Assembly: GCA_951406725.2 (NCBI GenBank)
Contig: OX597814.1
Coordinates: forward strand, 189,286,001 to 189,350,000
Source of the DNA: Octopus vulgaris
Lineage: Eukaryota
Direction of reading: 5' to 3'
DNA: 64,000 nt
Position numbers and translations under genes: made by a program. Under the pieces are notes generated by a model. It was not told the origin of the DNA. It worked only from the letters and a program-made list of their open reading frames with translations, and did not search any database. Positions 57,876-64,000 of this stretch are shown here, one piece after another (within the stretch, counting starts at the first letter, position 1; the number at the start of each line of letters is the position of its first letter).

Positions 57876-58372
57876 TTTTAATCAGCCAAATATGAACCAT
57901 TTTGTTACACAATGCATCTCCATCTTTCCTTTAACTTGAAAATACCCTCTTCCCAGAACTGAAGGGGTTTCATGGCAAAGAATTCATCAAGGTATCTTTT
58001 TACGTCATCCAACGAATTGAAATTTTTACCATTAAGACTATTCTGCAGAGACCTGAATATGTGGAAATCCGAAGGAGCAATATCTGGTGAATATGGAGGG
58101 TGGGGTAACACATCCCAGCTGAGCTGCAGCAATTTTTGTCTGGTTCCCAAAGCACCAAGTACCGAAAATGAACTTTCTTATCTTCCATTTTAAAGGGTTG
58201 CAGAATTAACACAGGTTATAGGAACATAAACCTTCTTCGACGAAAAGCTAGCTTAAACTGTGCTCTAAATGAAGGTGTAGTCAAATCCTATTTTATGAAC
58301 TCAACCATGTTCTAAAATAAGTCGAAATGTAAGCTACTATAAATCGGCACGAACTTTCCGGACAATCCCATA
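57876..58372 (-). mobile_element. Mariner (DD34D) internal-deletion derivative
   Basis: N-terminal MEDKKVHFRYLVLWE (ATG at 58188) is fused to LLQLSWDVLPHPPYSPDIAPSDFHIFRSLQNSL...WRCIV*QNGSY. 5' TIR-like tatgggattgtccggaaagttcgtgccgattt at 58341-58372. Second TIR not seen. Confidence 0.85.
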
Positions 58373-58813
58373 AATAGTAGTATTAGTAGTATGGGGCATG
58401 CACTGTAACAGGGCGTGGGTGCATCCATCACTTTTTGTTAATGATTCCCTACTCATAGTGTACGGCATTTTTGCACCACTCAGGCGACAATTCTTCAACC
58501 TATGGGCCTGGTTGGGAACTCATTGCTGGTGGGGGTTTCACGAAGTCCAAGTGCAAATTCTTACTCAAGAATAAAAAGCAAGTTTACAGATACATAGATG
58601 ATGATTCAAGATCAACAAGACACTTGAGCAGAAGGTTTTCCCCGAAGGAAACCTAAAATGTGATGTAGTGAAATCTAAAAGGAAGCTGCAAGAAGCAGGG
58701 ATCCAACTGATGAGAAGTAGAAAAGAAGCCCAGATTCGCGAAATGGATAAAAATTATTTATCAAACTAATTGTATGTTTATGCATATAACCTTATTTTTG
58801 TTCCATTCTAAAC

Positions 58814-58859
58814 AAAACTGTCTGATGAACGGGAACGTGAAAGTCTGAGTGATAGTTTT
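58814..58859 (+). ncRNA. Degenerate type I hammerhead
   Basis: aaaactgt CTGATGA ACG ggaa CGT GAAA gtctgag TG atagtttt. Stem III has one mismatch and position 17 is G, so it is likely dead. Confidence 0.55.
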
Positions 58860-59421
58860 TGTGATAATTTTGCTGCTTTTTAACAAACTATATATACATA
58901 TATGTGTATGTATGTATGTATGTATGTATGTATGTATGTATGTATGTATGTATGTATGTATGTATGTATGTATGAATATATGTATGTATGTATAAATATA
59001 TAGACAGAGAGAGAGAGGGGAGAGAGAAAAGAGACAGACAAATGTGTAATGTGTGCTTATGTGTATATGGGAGCACGCGTGTGTATGTATGGACGTGTAA
59101 ACATGTGTATCGATAAATTTTACATTTCCTTTTCACTTTTTTCTAAATATATTCTCCTTCAAGTATCTGAGAGTAGTTTTTTTCTAACTGCTATCTAATC
59201 AAAACATTCAAAGATTTTGAAAAATTACTCATCTTTATATAGCTTGACACGTCCACAGTACACAGTCTAACACTTTTCATATATTTTGAAATTCTAAACA
59301 GCACTTGTGGAAAACAATGAGACCATCATCATCGAAATAATCATGGTATTAATCTGGGAATGTGGCAGACTTTTTTGAGCAGCGTTCAAAATGCGTTGCT
59401 ATATTTCTTCCGACTTTGAAA

Positions 59422-59640
59422 GCGGCGAGCTGGCGGAATCATTAGCACGCCTAGCAAAATTCTCTGTGGCATTTCGTCCGTCCTTCTGTTCTGAGTTCAA
59501 ACTCCGCTGATGTCGACTTTGCCTTTTATCCTTTCGGGGTCGACAAAATAAGAATCAGTGGCGTACTGGAGTCGATGTAATCGACTAGCCATCCCCCCCA
59601 CCTCAAATTTCAGGCTCTGTGCTTATAGTAGAAAGAATAT
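59422..59640 (+). mobile_element. SINE family 1 (alternative 3' end)
   Basis: gcggcgagctggcggaatc...gagttcaaactccgctga. Confidence 0.75.
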
Positions 59641-60490
59641 TTCTTCCAACATTTTACGTTTTGAATTATTGCCTTTCATTCGAATTCTATAAATTAAATT
59701 ACCACTCAGATCCTAAGGTCAATGATATCGACTTTCTCCTCTTAAAATATTTGGCCTTGAGCAAGGATCAGAAGCTATTATTATTATTATTTCTAATATT
59801 TCTTTTTCTCGTGTCACCCGGCATTATGTATTGTGGTCAATATATTCGACATGATAAAAAAAATGATTGTGTTCTCAAAATAACCCGAGACAAATTCTTG
59901 AAATAGTAAAACACAAAACAAAATAAAAAGAGAGAAATCATTTCTCTTTAGAACTCGTAACATCGTCTGGTTGCTGGCAACTATAAATCCTAGCAAGACA
60001 ATAAATAAATAAACTTTAAAAATATATAAATTATAGTACTCTGGAGGTGCATTTTTTTTGTCTTTTTCTGTTTTGTTTTTTTTTATATCTTTTCGTTTTT
60101 TTTCTCCCACTTGTTAAAATAAAAGTGCATGATTTGAATGACAAAGATCTTTGGTGGCAGTTCCTCTGAAACAGGATACGCCATAAAGAATAACAATGAT
60201 GAGAGAAAACTAGTCTAAATGATTCTCATTTTTTTTTTCAGCTCCCTCCCTCTCTCTCTCTCTCTCGTTCTCTCGCTCTCTATCTATCAATCTATCGTTC
60301 ACTCTTTCTTTGTGTAATAATAGGAACAAAAATATAAAATGAATAAAGAAAAAACGTCTCACAATTCTGCTACGAGTAAGATTCCTGGAATTATTTTACA
60401 AGTTAGAGGCAAGAAGCTCTGGTAAGCAACTCTTGTAAGTTGGGCGACAATTCCTCTTTTATCGTACTTTTAATTAGAAAGGAAAGTGAG

Positions 60491-60551
<61 letters not shown>

Positions 60552-61533
60552 AAAAAATTTAACTATTCAGTAGTTCTGCAGCAGGTTAGGGAGTCGCACG
60601 TTATTTAGATCGTTCAATCACTTAATTAGAGAGCAAATGTGTTTCCAATTCAATGCTTTATTTTGATTTTGATTCACTAACACGAAAAAGAAAGATGAAT
60701 GAATTGGTTTAGCACTACCTACTGCTGCTGCTACTACTAATGGGCTGCTGTTGATACTACAATAGCAAGAAAAAACAACTACCACAACCACCACCACCAC
60801 CACTACTACCGCTGCTGCTGTTGTTGTTGTTGTTGTTAAGTAACAAGACGGGTAAGGGTGAATAGGTGATGGTCTAGGGCATAGGGGCAAGAGACCCCAG
60901 ACCTTGGAAAAAAAAAGACTTTGGTCGTCTTGTTGTAGTCGAGGGCTCTTTGTTGACGCCCGACACCACTGGGAGGTGGCCCTCGAAGTCGCTGGAAATG
61001 GAGATCTCCAGGTCCAAATTCTTCAACGACTACTGCTGCTGCTACTGCTGCTACTACTACAACTACTACTACTACAAGAAATAATTGTTGCTACTCTATG
61101 GACCCAGGTTTTTCCTTATTCAGTTAACTATCATTAAAAGCCTTTTAACTCTGCCTAAGCAGTTTTCTTTTTCAGCCATTTTGTATCTATTCTATCCCGT
61201 TATCCATTATCCAGATTTAGAAATCTTCATTTACAAAAGAAAATAAAAAGAAAAGAAAAGAGAAAAGAAACAGATTGGGGTTGATTTATCTACTATTTCT
61301 CGCAGGTGTAGCGAACACATGGTGTATTCGTTGTTATCTCGCAAAGAAGAGACATTAGTCGTTAGAAGGTAACTTATGAAGAATTTTGATTTACGGGGGA
61401 ATTATATCTTATAATTTTCATTTTAATTAGATTTTGTGTAGTAAGTTCTAAATATTTAAAAGTGATTATTTTCAATGCCCGCACAGTAAATTAAGCCTTA
61501 ACGAAAAGCAGTGAATTGGTAGAAATTATAAAA

Positions 61534-62192
61534 CGGCGATCTGGCAGAACCGTTAGCATGCCGGGCGAAATGCCTAGCGGTATTTCGTCTGCCATTACGT
61601 TCTGAGCTCAAATTCTGCCGAGGTCGGCTTTCCCTTTCATCCTTTAGGGGTCGATAAATTAAGTGCCAGTTACGCACTGGGGTCGATATAATCGACTTAA
61701 TCCGTCTGTCTGTCCTTGTTTGTCCTCTCTGTGTTTAGCCCCTTGTGGGTAATAAAGAAATAGGTATTTCATCTGCCGCTGTACTCTTTCACCACAACTT
61801 TCTCTCACTCTTTCTTCCTACTTCTGCCACAAAGCAGGGGAACCATGGTGTAACCCACTATGGTGTGGTAAACTTTCAGACCCTAGTCTAGATTGCGAAT
61901 CCTCTGTACCCCAGGATGGTTAAGCTCTCCACTTGTCAAAAGCCACCGTTTACGGAATGAGGATAACAACGTAGCTTTCGCGCCCGTGCAACAGCCAGTC
62001 TATCGCGTGTGGTGGGTGGCTCTTCAAGTAGCTTAGAGTAGGCTCGAATTAGAGATTATTCTTTGTGGCTAATGGCGTGAGTCCTGATTGGAAGAAGAAG
62101 AAGAAGAAGAAGAAGAAGAAGAAGAAGAAGAAGAAGAAGAAGAAGAAGAAGAAGAAGAAGAAGAAGAAGAAGAAGAAGAAGAAGAAGAAGAA
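61534..62192 (+). mobile_element. Composite: SINE 1, SINE 2 body fragment, ~270 bp unassigned segment, (GAA)n
   Basis: Switch at ...atctgccgctgtactctttcaccacaactttctctc (~61775-61820). Confidence 0.55.
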
Positions 62193-63064
62193 GACAGCAA
62201 ATTTGTTTTTACTCCACTTACCGCTGAAGGACTAGAACCCAAAATGTTAAATGTCCAATTTGACATTATAATTGAACCGTTCTACATTCAACAAACTTAA
62301 ATTTATTCTTTTTTTTTCTAATTTAACGTAAACAATGATATTTCACCTAAACTATGCAAACAGTTAAACTATAATATTTGCCCTAAACTATGCAAATGTT
62401 TAAAATAAAAACAAGCTTGCGAAACAAAATACAATTGAAATCCATACTTCTGTATGAGGCGGCGTTATGCTATTGGATAGAATGTTGTTTCCATTTTTAT
62501 TCCGGCTTTCTGCACAGTTTTTAATCCTGACCCTGTTCACTTTGGTTTTAATCCTTTCAGAAGTCGATAAATGAAGTACCAGACAAATAATGAAATCGAT
62601 TTTTATGATTTGTTCCTCTGTGTGTCTTTTCCCTCCCAACCTCTTTTTTCTCTCCACTTCTCTCTCTCTCTTTTTCTCTTTCCCACTCTTATTCTTTGAA
62701 TCGGTTACATTGTGTTTTGAGGAGTGCCATCGGAGACCTCTCACAGCATCCCTTTCACCAAACATGGGAACGGGTTGAGAAATGGGCTGGTAACCATTTG
62801 TCACAGAAAAAACTGATATGCTGCTGGAAAGCAGACATATCTGATGCATCTGATAAGAATATTTACACTACTTTCAAAAGCCATCGAAACAATCAACACT
62901 TAAATCTAACCGATACGTAAGAATTAAACGGCCAAAGTTCATACGTCTATCATTAATTTGAAATGCTCTTACTACAGACCCATAGAGATATAGGAAAGTA
63001 AATAATGTTTTAGCATAATAAATAAGAAAGCTTGGGCTAGAGTAAAACTTACTAAATGATTATA

Positions 63065-63375
63065 TCACGTCACGTGACTGACCAGGTTATCAGATGCTGC
63101 TACACATCGCTGGTCACAATGCGTTTCGCATTGTTTTAGCCTTCAAATGACGCCTCCCCGCTGGCTAAGTGAGCAGGCCAACAGAAGAAAGATTGAGAGA
63201 AAGTTGTCGCGAAACAGTACAGCAGGGATCGCCACCACCCCCTGCCGGAGCCTCGTGGAGCTTTTAGGTGTTTTCGCTCAATAAACATTCACAACGCCCG
63301 GTCTGGGAATCGAAACCGCGATCCTACGCTCGACCGCGAGTCCACTGCCTTAACCACTGAGCCATTACGCCTCCA
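63065..63375 (-). mobile_element. SINE family 2, full length
   Basis: Reverse complement of 50365-50665. Confidence 0.85.
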
Positions 63376-63433
63376 CAAATGATTACATAAATGCACATTT
63401 ATGCGAGTACGCTTGAATACAACTGCATGAACT

Positions 63434-63475
<42 letters not shown>

Positions 63476-64000
63476 TACATACACACATAAACTTTGAGAA
63501 ATTCGACAAATAAAAGCAGAAACAAATACATACAGATGCATAATATATTCGTGCTTAGTTACATAAATACAAACTTGCATAACTGCGTACACACATAACA
63601 GTTGTAGCATAAGATGTATGCTTCTCTACGACGTTTATATTTGCTATATATATATATATACATACACACCAATGCATTCTTATATGTATCATATGCGTGT
63701 TGTAAGTATGCATATGCATATGCATATGGCATACGTGTGCATATGTATTTTTCATTGACGTATAGATACACTCGCACATGCACAGACACACATATATAAA
63801 ATACTAATAAATATATTCTCAAATGAAAAGCTCTTTCTACAACTGTAAAAAAAAATGGATAATGAATAATCCTGAATGATGTACAGCAACAATGTATATT
63901 GAATAATCAATTGTTATAGCAAGGAAACCTAGCAGGTGTCTGAAACAAGCTATGGGCTATGGACACTGTTTAGTCCAAGACGTTTGTGAATGTGTCAACA

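Overview
AT-rich, microsatellite-saturated, non-genic metazoan DNA. The repeat content looks like octopus/cephalopod, which is inference from recalled SINE/LINE types and was not verified. I found no credible host protein-coding gene; nearly all ORF-track entries are translations of simple repeats. The window is a nested mosaic of three tRNA-derived SINE families, RTE-, CR1- and probable Dong/R4-type LINE 3' ends, Helitron pieces and mariner, Tigger and hAT derivatives. The main signal is a Penelope-like (PLE) and hammerhead-ribozyme (HHR) system targeted to (TA)n. (1) A young ~2.65 kb fold-back PLE (RT C-terminus plus Naiad-type GIY-YIG) carries a type I hammerhead in each 3' UTR. (2) A 132-bp palindrome consists of two back-to-back hammerheads. 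(3) Several ~150-200 bp non-coding units each carry a minimal hammerhead with a self-complementary stem III (retrozyme or mini-PLE candidates). (4) The fold-back insertions repeat an asymmetric architecture: one complete arm owns the spacer and the other is shortened at its outer end. All RNA structures and alignments were read by eye and coordinates may be off by a few bases.
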